Positions 56,011 through 64,000 of a DNA stretch of 64,000 nt are shown piece by piece. The notes below the pieces were generated by a model. It saw nothing but the letters and a program-made list of their open reading frames with translations, searched no databases and was not told where the DNA came from. Position 1 is the stretch's first letter. Each line of letters begins with the position of its first letter. Made by a program: the position numbers and the translations under genes. Source of the stretch: Bacteroidota bacterium (lineage in GTDB: Bacteria; Bacteroidota; Bacteroidia; 2-12-FULL-35-15); the NCBI GenBank assembly GCA_029237775.1, contig JAQZBR010000003.1, positions 24,214 to 88,213 of the forward strand, read 5' to 3'.

Positions 56011-57915
56011 TTCACTCAGCTCAAGCCATCTGAGGCCTTTCTCATCAAGCTCAGAAATTATTTTTGAAATGCGCTGAGAATATTTAAGAACCTCTTCATG
56101 ATCGGTGATGCCGTTGTTCAGCTTTTCCGACAATGTTTGCTTTTCCTTTTCAAGTTCAGCGATATCTTTTTCCAGCTGTTCAAATTCAAATTTTTCCTTG
56201 AAGCTTGCTTTTTTCTTATTATTTGCTGCGGGCTCAGATGCTTTCTGCACCGGCTCAGGCATTATTTCTTCTTTTTCAATGATCGGAGAGATAAGCTCGG
56301 TTGGCTTGACCCGGTCTTCCTGCTCTTTTTTATCACGATATTCAGTGTAATTTCCTGGGAAATCTCTAACAACGCCTTCACCTTCGAAAACAAAAAGGTG
56401 ATCGACAAGCTTGTCCATGAAGTAACGATCGTGTGTAACGATCAAGACACAACCCTGAAAGTTTGTCAGGAAATCCTCAAGAACACTTAAGGTAACAATG
56501 TCAAGATCGTTGGTAGGCTCATCCAGAATAAGAAAATTCGGGTTCTTGATCAGAATGGTCATCAGGAACAAACGCCTCCTTTCACCACCGCTTAGTTTTG
56601 AAACAAAACCGTATTGCACATCGGGAGGGAAAAGAAATTTCGTCAACAAGCCGGAAGCGCTCAGCTTGGAGCCATCAGCAAGAGGGATGTATTCAGCTAT
56701 ATCTTTTACAATTTCGATCACTCGCTTATCTTCATTCAGCTTCATCCCTTCCTGTGAATAATAGCCGTAAACTATTGTTTCACCTGTGGAGATCGTTCCC
56801 GCATCAGGCTTTTCAAGTTCCATGATCATATTCAGGAAAGTTGATTTTCCTGCACCGTTCTTACCTACAACTCCGATCTTTTCACCTTTTTTAAATACAT
56901 AAGAAAAACCGTTGATGATCTTTGTCTGGCCAAAAGCCTTTTTAATATTCACCATTTCAAGGATCTTTCCTCCTATGCGGTTCATCTTCACACCAAGCTC
57001 CAGCTTCTCTTCTTTTTTTCCGCTGAATGCTTTGTCCTTTGTTACTTCAAACTGGTCAACACGATATTTTGCTTTTGTTCCTCGGGCTTTAGGCATTTTA
57101 CGTACCCATTCAAGTTCGCGAGTATAAAGGTTTTTAGCCTTATCGATCTCACTGCTTTCAATGGCTTCGCGCTCAGCTTTTTTCTCTATATAATATTGAA
57201 AGTTGCCTTTGTAGTTGTAAAGCTTGGTGTTATCAATTTCTATGATTTCAGTGCAGACACTGTCGAGAAAATACCTGTCGTGCGTCACTAATAATAATGT
57301 GAGATCCTTATTGATCAGATAGTTTTCAAGCCACTCGATCATTTCAACATCAAGGTGGTTTGTTGGCTCATCGAGTATCAGTAATTGGGGCTCATCAATA
57401 AGAACTTTCGCAAGCGCTACACGTTTTTTTTGTCCACCGGAAAGCACACCGATCTGCTTGTCAAGAAATTTGATCTTTAATCGCTGAAGAACTTCCTGAA
57501 CTTTCGCTTCTGTCTGCCAGGCATCGAGATCATTCATTCTTTCCGTTGCTCTTTCAAGTCGGTCAGATGTTTTATCATTCATTTCCTTTTCAAAATCCTC
57601 GAGAGCGAATTCATATTCACGAACTGCGTTAAGTGTCGGGTTAGTGGTGTTATAAATCGCTTCAACTACAGTATCTGCTTCATTAAAAACGGGATTCTGA
57701 TTCAGGTAAGTAACGGTGATATCTTTACGGAAAGTAACGCTTCCTTCATCAGCAATTTCTTTTCCCGTAATAATTTTAAGTAAGGTTGATTTGCCTGCAC
57801 CATTTTTTGCGATGAGTGCGATGCGCTGACCCTGGTTAAGGCCGAAGCTGATCTTGTCGAATAATTTTTTTGCACCGTAAGCTTTGGAGACAGCTTCTAC
57901 TGATAGATAGTTCAA
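56002..57915 (-). CDS. ABC-F family ATPase (Uup-like)
   Basis: Two ABC domains (LSGGQ/LSGGE, LDEPTN), no TMs, C-terminal coiled coil; TTG start. Confidence 0.94.
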   Translation of the reverse strand: MNYLSVEAVSKAYGAKKLFDKISFGLNQGQRIALIAKNGAGKSTLLKIITGKEIADEGSVTFRKDITVTYLNQNPVFNEADTVVEAIYNTTNPTLNAVREYEFALEDFEKEMNDKTSDRLERATERMNDLDAWQTEAKVQEVLQRLKIKFLDKQIGVLSGGQKKRVALAKVLIDEPQLLILDEPTNHLDVEMIEWLENYLINKDLTLLLVTHDRYFLDSVCTEIIEIDNTKLYNYKGNFQYYIEKKAEREAIESSEIDKAKNLYTRELEWVRKMPKARGTKAKYRVDQFEVTKDKAFSGKKEEKLELGVKMNRIGGKILEMVNIKKAFGQTKIINGFSYVFKKGEKIGVVGKNGAGKSTFLNMIMELEKPDAGTISTGETIVYGYYSQEGMKLNEDKRVIEIVKDIAEYIPLADGSKLSASGLLTKFLFPPDVQYGFVSKLSGGERRRLFLMTILIKNPNFLILDEPTNDLDIVTLSVLEDFLTNFQGCVLIVTHDRYFMDKLVDHLFVFEGEGVVRDFPGNYTEYRDKKEQEDRVKPTELISPIIEKEEIMPEPVQKASEPAANNKKKASFKEKFEFEQLEKDIAELEKEKQTLSEKLNNGITDHEEVLKYSQRISKIISELDEKGLRWLELSELM

Positions 57916-58022
57916 TTTGGTAAAATGGTTATTAGTTAATAGTTAATTGGGGGAACGACAATTCTTAATTAACCAATTCCTGATATCCCAATTCCCAAAC
58001 AGGGGCCGCAAAGATAGCGAAA

Positions 58023-58760
58023 TTATTGCTTCTCAGAACCTTCGGAGTTATGATCATCTTCTTTTTTAGGAACCAAAGTATAAGTTATAGTGACGGGAGT
58101 TTCACTAGTAGCATCAGATTGAAATTCCTGTGTTTCCTGTGTCCCGGTGACGTCTATAAGGGCGTTTTCTTCATCAGTCCCGAGATCATAAACTTTTACA
58201 GGCGGGCCTTCCTTTTTGAAATTATATGCTGTGATCAGTCCGGCCAGAGCTCCCAGCATATGTGATTCCCATGAAACTCCTTCCCTGATGGGAAGTATGC
58301 CCCACACCGTTCCTCCGTAGATGAATACAACGAATAAAGACAAAGCTAAAAGCCTTGTATCTTTTCTGAAAACGCCACTGAAAAAAAGAAATGCTATGAA
58401 TCCATATAAAATACCGCTTGCACCAATGTGGTATGAATTACGCGCTGCCGCCCATACCCATACACCCGTCATGAGATACACCCAAAAGAAGACCTGAAAT
58501 GCGATCGATCTGTAAAAATAAAAAATGATGGTTCCTAAAACCAGTAGAGGAACTGAATTGGAAAAGAGATGATCAAAATCAGAGTGTAGAAGCGGCATTG
58601 TCACTATACCAATGATTCCGTGAAGGCTTCGCGGATAAATGCCGTACCAGGAGAGATTTGTGTTGCTGATTATTTCAAAGATCTTGATTGCCCACAACAA
58701 ACAAACAAAAATCAGAGGATAGAAAATGCTTTGGAAGATCCTGGCCGTAATGTTTTGCAT
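58023..58760 (-). CDS. Rhomboid family intramembrane serine protease
   Basis: HLFSN, IGASG and SWESH motifs. Confidence 0.93.
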   Translation of the reverse strand: MQNITARIFQSIFYPLIFVCLLWAIKIFEIISNTNLSWYGIYPRSLHGIIGIVTMPLLHSDFDHLFSNSVPLLVLGTIIFYFYRSIAFQVFFWVYLMTGVWVWAAARNSYHIGASGILYGFIAFLFFSGVFRKDTRLLALSLFVVFIYGGTVWGILPIREGVSWESHMLGALAGLITAYNFKKEGPPVKVYDLGTDEENALIDVTGTQETQEFQSDATSETPVTITYTLVPKKEDDHNSEGSEKQ

Positions 58761-58783
58761 ATCTTAAAAATGAGCACTTGAGT

Positions 58784-58816
58784 GGTCAATGTTTATACCA
58801 AAAAACCTTTGTGCCA
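58784..58816 (-). promoter_or_regulatory. Two stacked GGYRY-N5-TT boxes upstream of the rhomboid gene
   Basis: Minus strand TGGCACAAAGGTTTT then TGGTATAAACATTGA. Confidence 0.45.
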
Positions 58817-58929
58817 GAAAGACACGCTCATTTGATGTTCTATTATTAGTGGCTATATTTGAAATACCATTCACTTTGTTGTTGGCTTATACTAAACGTT
58901 TTGGAATATAATTATTGCCTTGTATCATT

Positions 58930-59412
58930 ATGAAATATATAACGCTCTTTTGTCCAATATTGCTGTTGCTGTTAATTTCCTGTCACAAAAAGTCAATGGT
59001 GAAAGACAGGGTGGAGGAAAAAACCACTCAGGCCACTCTACAAAATACTGGAGTCGTTACAGAAAAAGATACAATTCCAAAAGCTATTCTGGATCCTGCA
59101 GCTGACATAGCTGACAGTGGCCGACCTTACCAGTTGGATAGTCTTTCATTAAATTCAGATACTTTATCGGTTTTTGTGAATTACAGCGGAGGGTGTGAAA
59201 AACACACTTTTCAGCTGATTTCCAATGGAATGTATGCCAAATCAATGCCGCCTCAGCTAAGCTTATGCTTAAAACATTCGGCAAATGACGATCATTGCCG
59301 GCAGCAAATTATGCAGGAATTGAAATTCGATGTTTCAGGACTCAGGTATAAGGGAAGCCATACCGTTATACTGAAGCTGAGTGATAAAAATATCAGATAT
59401 TCTGCCAAATAG
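58930..59412 (+). CDS. Lipoprotein, NigD C-terminal-like
   Basis: LLISC lipobox; YSGGCEKHTF...DDHC motif. Confidence 0.7.
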   Translation: MKYITLFCPILLLLLISCHKKSMVKDRVEEKTTQATLQNTGVVTEKDTIPKAILDPAADIADSGRPYQLDSLSLNSDTLSVFVNYSGGCEKHTFQLISNGMYAKSMPPQLSLCLKHSANDDHCRQQIMQELKFDVSGLRYKGSHTVILKLSDKNIRYSAK

Positions 59413-59466
59413 GTGGGTCTTGTTTATTGGTTTAATTAAATTTTATTTTTAGTTTTGGTAAACACG

Positions 59467-59991
59467 ATGAAAAAAGCTGCAGTATTTTTTTTGCTTGCCA
59501 TCTTCCTGTTCAACACAATGGGATATTTCATTTTGTTTAGAGTCCAGCAGCTTGAAATAAAAGCCGTGATGAAAAAAGAAATTAAAAACGGAACTATCGG
59601 AAATTCTGTTTGTGTGATTGTGATCGATAAAGCCTCTGCGGACGAGATCAATTGGGTGGAAAGTTCAGAGTTCGATTACAGAGGTGTTCGTTATGATATC
59701 CTTCATCAAAAAGGCAGCGCTAATTCAATAACCTATTACTGTATCCCCGATAAAAAAGAAACATTTTTACTGGGCCATTTAAATGTCCATATAAGGGATA
59801 ATGTTTCTGGCAATAAAGATCGCAAATCTCATTCGCAAAAAGTTGAAGACGTTGTTAAGATCTCAACTCATACCTCTACTCACATTGTTCCTGCAATAAT
59901 TCTTCTTCAGGACTCGGACTTCATTCCATTTATTTCCCACTATAAATTTGCTTTAATCAAAGCAAGTTTCCAGCCGCCCGAATTAGCATAG
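59467..59991 (+). CDS. Hypothetical membrane-anchored protein ending FQPPELA, upstream of a TonB receptor
   Basis: N-terminal hydrophobic segment, EFDYRGVRYDI, His-containing polar linker and a C-terminal PP. Confidence 0.75.
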   Translation: MKKAAVFFLLAIFLFNTMGYFILFRVQQLEIKAVMKKEIKNGTIGNSVCVIVIDKASADEINWVESSEFDYRGVRYDILHQKGSANSITYYCIPDKKETFLLGHLNVHIRDNVSGNKDRKSHSQKVEDVVKISTHTSTHIVPAIILLQDSDFIPFISHYKFALIKASFQPPELA

Positions 59992-60167
59992 CGCTTTTCT
60001 GATTACATCTGTTTTAATTTCTGTGACATCATGCTTCGCGTGATGATTTATTAGAAGATTGCACTCTATCGCGGGATATGATGCGATCGTCTTTTAATTG
60101 TTAAAACTTTGTAGCTGTTTAAGTGCTTACCGGAAAGCTTAGGGGATTAAGTTTAGAAATTCCTGGA

Positions 60168-60238
60168 GCAATTTGGTATAATGGCCACCGTGCCGGTCGG
60201 GGGACTGGCACGGTGAGTAGCCATTATGATCAAATTGC
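60168..60238 (+). other. Long GC-rich RNA hairpin in the TonB receptor leader
   Basis: GCAATTTG/CAAATTGC, ATAATGGC/GCCATTAT, CACCGTGCC/GGCACGGTG and GGTC/GACT around a GGGG loop. Confidence 0.8.
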
Positions 60239-60310
60239 AAATTATAATGATACTACAACTTTAAAAGTTCATGTCTTGTATCGGACCTATAATTTTAATT
60301 AACTAAAAAA

Positions 60311-62602
60311 ATGAGAACAAAACTATATTTAGCATTTGCTGTGCTCACCTGCAGTGTCAACGTTGGAATTGCACAGGAAAAGGACACTATAACCAGACTG
60401 ATCAATCTTAATGAAGTGATATTTTCAGCCAATAAGGCTGAAGAAAAGAAAATCGATGTGCCTTATTCTGTAGAAGTAATAAGCAGTAAAATAGTTGAAC
60501 TTGAAAATCCACAGACAGCTGCCGATATGTTGGCAAACACAGGACAAGTAATGGTCCAGAAAAGTCAGGCTGGAGGTGGAAGCCCAATAATCAGAGGTTT
60601 TGAGGCGAGCCGTGTTTTGATAGTTGTTGATGGTGTGCGCATGAACAATGCAATTTATCGTGCCGGACATTTGCAGGATGTAATCACAATTGATAATGCG
60701 ATGCTTGAGAGAACGGAAATTTTGTTTGGCCCTTCTTCGGTGATGTATGGAAGCGATGCGCTTGGTGGAGTAATGCACTTTTATACAAAAAAGCCGCTGT
60801 TTGGCGAAGATAAAATGAATCTGAAGGTAAATGCTGCTTTGCGTTATGCATCAGCAAATCAGGAAAAGACCGGACATGTGGATTTCAATCTGGGGTTTAA
60901 AAAGATCGCATCATTAACAAGCATAACATACAGCGATTTTGATGATCTGAGAACAGGCAACGGCCGAAATCCCAATCCCGATTTTGGTAAATGTTATTAC
61001 TATGTTGGACAGAACTGGAATGGAACTGCCGACAGCACAATCCGCAATAACGACCCGAATGTTCAGAAGCGAAGCGGTTACTCACAGATAGATCTGATGG
61101 AGAAATTGCTGTTTAAAGTAAACGACAAAACTGAAGTGGGATTGAACCTTCAGTACTCCACTTCGAGCAATATAAACAGATATGATCGCCTTACTGAGGC
61201 AGGAAGTGCAGGCAACCTCAAATTTGCTGAGTGGTATTATGGGCCACAAAACAGATTAATGGCTGCTCTGTATGCGAATATAAAAGGAGACAGTTCTTTT
61301 TTTGATAACATGAGAATTACGGCTGCCTACCAGATGATTCGACAGGAGAGAACCAGCAGAAGATTCAGCACTAATTATCTGAGTCCGACAAGCGGAAACA
61401 ACAAGAGAACATCTCAGATTGAAGATGTAGGTGTAATGTCGTTAAATGCGGATCTGAGAAAATCAATAAAAGAAAAGCATGAGTTGAGTTATGGGTTGGA
61501 GTTCGTAAATAATATTGTGAATTCAACAGCAACATCAACTCACATCAGAACCGGGGAACAGTTCACACCTGTGGCCACACGATATCCTAACGGTGGAAGC
61601 ACCATGATGAACATTGGTGCATACCTGACTCATAGCTGGGAGATCAACGAAAAAATGATCCTGAGTGAGGGTATACGTTACACTTACAATTCCTTAAGTG
61701 CAAAATTTGACACTGCAAAAACCGAATCTCCTTTTCAATTTCCGTTCACATCAGTAAAGCAAACCAACAGTGCATTAAATGGAAATTTAGGATTGGTTGT
61801 TATGCCTGAAAAGAATGTTCGTTTCAGTATTCTGGGATCTACCGGCTTTCGCGCCCCGAATGTGGATGACATGGCAAAAGTGTTTGAATCTTCCGGGAGT
61901 GTTATTATAGTGCCTAACGAGAAACTTAAGCCGGAATATGCTTATAATATTGAAGTTTCCTTATCCACCACAATAATGGACGATAAGTTAAAAGTTGAAG
62001 GCGGCTATTACTACACGTTGTTAGAGAATGCAATTGTTTTAAAGGATTCGAAATTTAATGGTGCGGATTCGGTAATGTTCAATGGAACATTGAGTCAGGT
62101 GCGCAGCTCTCAGAATGTGGATCAGGCATATATTCAGGGTGCCTGGGGAGCGGTTTATGCCGATTTCTCGGAACATGTTTCTTTTAAGTCAACACTTAAT
62201 TATACTTTGGGCGAATATCGTCAGCATATTCCAACGGCCAATGATCCCGGACATGATACTATTATGGCTTTAGATCATATTGCCCCTATGTTTGGTCAAA
62301 CTTCACTATTTTTTCATTACAATAAATTTGAAGCAGAGGTGTATGCACGTTACAGTGCAGCTAAGCTTGCTAAAGATTACAGTTTAGGGAAAGAAGATAA
62401 TGAGCTTTATTCGGCAGATCCGGTAAAAGGCTATATGCCCGGATGGAGCACTTTAAACATCAAAACTGCTTATAAGATTACCAAGAATTTCAGTGTTAAC
62501 CTGGGAGTTGAAAACCTTTTCAACAAACATTACAGGGTTTTTGCTTCAGGGGTAAGCTCTCCCGGAAGGAATATCGTGGTGGCTTTAAGGGCTAAGTTCT
62601 GA
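60311..62602 (+). CDS. TonB-dependent outer-membrane receptor (heme/metal-receptor-like)
   Basis: Signal peptide; plug SPIIRG...VDGVRMNN...GPSSVMYGSDALGG; GFRAPN; ENLFNKHY; C-terminal F. Confidence 0.94.
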   Translation: MRTKLYLAFAVLTCSVNVGIAQEKDTITRLINLNEVIFSANKAEEKKIDVPYSVEVISSKIVELENPQTAADMLANTGQVMVQKSQAGGGSPIIRGFEASRVLIVVDGVRMNNAIYRAGHLQDVITIDNAMLERTEILFGPSSVMYGSDALGGVMHFYTKKPLFGEDKMNLKVNAALRYASANQEKTGHVDFNLGFKKIASLTSITYSDFDDLRTGNGRNPNPDFGKCYYYVGQNWNGTADSTIRNNDPNVQKRSGYSQIDLMEKLLFKVNDKTEVGLNLQYSTSSNINRYDRLTEAGSAGNLKFAEWYYGPQNRLMAALYANIKGDSSFFDNMRITAAYQMIRQERTSRRFSTNYLSPTSGNNKRTSQIEDVGVMSLNADLRKSIKEKHELSYGLEFVNNIVNSTATSTHIRTGEQFTPVATRYPNGGSTMMNIGAYLTHSWEINEKMILSEGIRYTYNSLSAKFDTAKTESPFQFPFTSVKQTNSALNGNLGLVVMPEKNVRFSILGSTGFRAPNVDDMAKVFESSGSVIIVPNEKLKPEYAYNIEVSLSTTIMDDKLKVEGGYYYTLLENAIVLKDSKFNGADSVMFNGTLSQVRSSQNVDQAYIQGAWGAVYADFSEHVSFKSTLNYTLGEYRQHIPTANDPGHDTIMALDHIAPMFGQTSLFFHYNKFEAEVYARYSAAKLAKDYSLGKEDNELYSADPVKGYMPGWSTLNIKTAYKITKNFSVNLGVENLFNKHYRVFASGVSSPGRNIVVALRAKF

Positions 62603-62621
62603 TAAAATGAAGAAAAAGCAC

Positions 62622-62653
62622 AAGGCTTCCGGAATTATCCGGAAGCTTTTTTT
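62622..62653 (+). terminator. Intrinsic terminator
   Basis: AAGGCTTCCGGA-ATTA-TCCGGAAGCTTTTTTT. Confidence 0.88.
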
Positions 62654-62735
62654 GTTAAGAAGAGTTAAGTTTGAAAAAAAATTGCTTTCGAATCATAAAT
62701 TTTTTACTTTTGAAAAGCAAAATTGTAGTAGAAAG

Positions 62736-62999
62736 ATGAAAAGGTTTACGAAAATTCTATTTCTTTTCTTATTGGCGCTGATCTTCAACAGCACTAAATC
62801 CTTTGCTGCTCCTGTTAAAGGGACGGGGACGGATACCGATACTTCAATGAGCTTAAAAAGCAATATTGCTATTTTTAAAATGATGACATCACCGGCTGCA
62901 CCTGTACCACAGGGAAAAAGCTTAAAAAAAGCTGGAAGCGTTGCCCGGACTTCAAATTCTCATACTACTGTCCCAATTAAGTCTGTTCCAGAGGCTTAA
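62736..62999 (+). CDS. Small secreted hypothetical protein
   Basis: From ATG 62736, MKRFTKILFLFLLALIFNSTKSFA is a signal peptide; TACTTTTG box upstream. Confidence 0.55.
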   Translation: MKRFTKILFLFLLALIFNSTKSFAAPVKGTGTDTDTSMSLKSNIAIFKMMTSPAAPVPQGKSLKKAGSVARTSNSHTTVPIKSVPEA

Positions 63000-63086
63000 G
63001 TTTAACTTTCTGATTATTTAATATAATGGCTTTAATGTTTTAACGAGGAATTAATATTCCTTTGAGTTCTTTGCATTAAAACATTT

Positions 63087-63296
63087 ATGATAGAACTAAG
63101 CAAAAAAGAGGAAGTTATCATTCACTATAAAAATGGGAAAAAGCGATTGGGAATTATCCTTGAAGAATTGAAAGAGAAAGGAGTTTACATCTTCCTTCCA
63201 TCATCGTCCATACATAACCAACAGAGATATGATCATGACATGCTGGAGCTTGTTCCATCAATGCTTATCGAATCCATAGAAGGAGATCTCAGATGA
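63087..63296 (+). CDS. Small hypothetical protein
   Basis: 69-aa ORF converging on the DjlA-like gene. Confidence 0.55.
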   Translation: MIELSKKEEVIIHYKNGKKRLGIILEELKEKGVYIFLPSSSIHNQQRYDHDMLELVPSMLIESIEGDLR

Positions 63297-63300
63297 CAGA

Positions 63301-64000
63301 TCAAAAGCCCCGTTGTTTTTTAATGTTTTCATAAGCTTCCTGCACTTTTTGGAATTTTTCCTTAGCTGCATGCTGAACTTCTTCACCTAGTGCAGCTACC
63401 TTGTCGGGATGAAACTTAACCGCCATTTTACGGTAAGCTTTTTTGATTTCTTCTTCAGTGGCGGTGGCTTCTATTTCAAGGATCTTATAATCACTGTTTA
63501 CATCTTTGAAATACATCGCTTTCAGAGAACCAAAGTCAGCCTCGCTTATTCCGAGATATCCGGAGATAGCAGCCACGGTTTCAAGCTCGGCAGGGTGGAC
63601 ATGACCGTCCGCCTTCGAGATCCCAAACAGGTAATGGATCAATTGAAGGCGTTCTGCATGTGGCATGTACTGCTTTATTTGCAAACAAACATCACGTAAA
63701 GGGATCTCCTGTTTAAGGATTTCCTTTAACATCATGATTTGTTCCTGAGCCTGTCGTTCACCAAACTGACGAACCAGAAATGTTTTGATATAATCGAGTT
63801 CACTTTTTAAGGTGCGCCCGTCACTTTTCATCACAGCTGCCGAAAGAACAAGTAAGCTCACTGCAAAATCACCTGCGTGAGCAGCTCCTGAGCTTCTTCT
63901 GTAACCACCTGCCCCGTCAGCGGTCTGCACGGAAATATTTGCTGCATCGAACATAGAGCCAAGCGCGAATCCTAAAACTGCGCCAAGGGGTCCACCAAAA
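63301..64000 (-). CDS. DjlA-like co-chaperone (TerB-like plus DnaJ domain); 5' end lies outside the window
   Basis: GGPLGAVLGFALGS at the window edge, VMKSDG, and J-domain YRKMAVKFHPDK. Confidence 0.92.
   Translation of the reverse strand, partial: FGGPLGAVLGFALGSMFDAANISVQTADGAGGYRRSSGAAHAGDFAVSLLVLSAAVMKSDGRTLKSELDYIKTFLVRQFGERQAQEQIMMLKEILKQEIPLRDVCLQIKQYMPHAERLQLIHYLFGISKADGHVHPAELETVAAISGYLGISEADFGSLKAMYFKDVNSDYKILEIEATATEEEIKKAYRKMAVKFHPDKVAALGEEVQHAAKEKFQKVQEAYENIKKQRGF

Noticed and set aside
59992-60310. Cobalamin or TPP riboswitch
   Set aside because: I could not find the B12-box/GGGAA-CCGGTG core or the TPP CTGAGA core by eye. It is kept only as an unknown structure.
63301-64000. 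Tellurite resistance locus
   Set aside because: The TerB-like domain is part of a DjlA-type J-domain co-chaperone.

Overview
AT-rich Bacteroidota (Bacteroidia-like) chromosomal segment, judged from porX, fused lpxC/fabZ and TAnnTTTG housekeeping promoter boxes. It is mostly core genes: rnhB, a Wzx/2xWzz/ligase glycan cluster, lpxD-lpxC/fabZ-lpxA, efp, porX-tsaE, ald, proline dehydrogenase, aroB-aroA, gcvT, miaE, nnr, an ABC-F ATPase, a TonB receptor and a DjlA-like gene. I saw no tRNA, rRNA, CRISPR, integrase or transposase. The standout is an accessory stress/storage region at about 13.2-27.1 kb. It holds a complete cyanophycin cycle with two full-length synthetases: one has the intact primer-generating Cx19HxxEH site, the other has lost it and carries altered loops. 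It also holds cyanophycinase, an isoaspartyl peptidase, a YciF ferritin-like protein, WrbA, MscS, SemiSWEET and small unknown proteins. Most transcription units there are preceded by a GGYRY-N5-TT box (sigma54 -24/-12-like, degenerate at -12). Two also share a GTGG-N10-CCRC palindrome, and there is a candidate ~90-nt sRNA. A second candidate system is a PP-ending upstream ORF plus a long RNA hairpin in front of the TonB receptor at 59.5-62.6 kb. All calls come from reading motifs by eye; no searches or folding were run.
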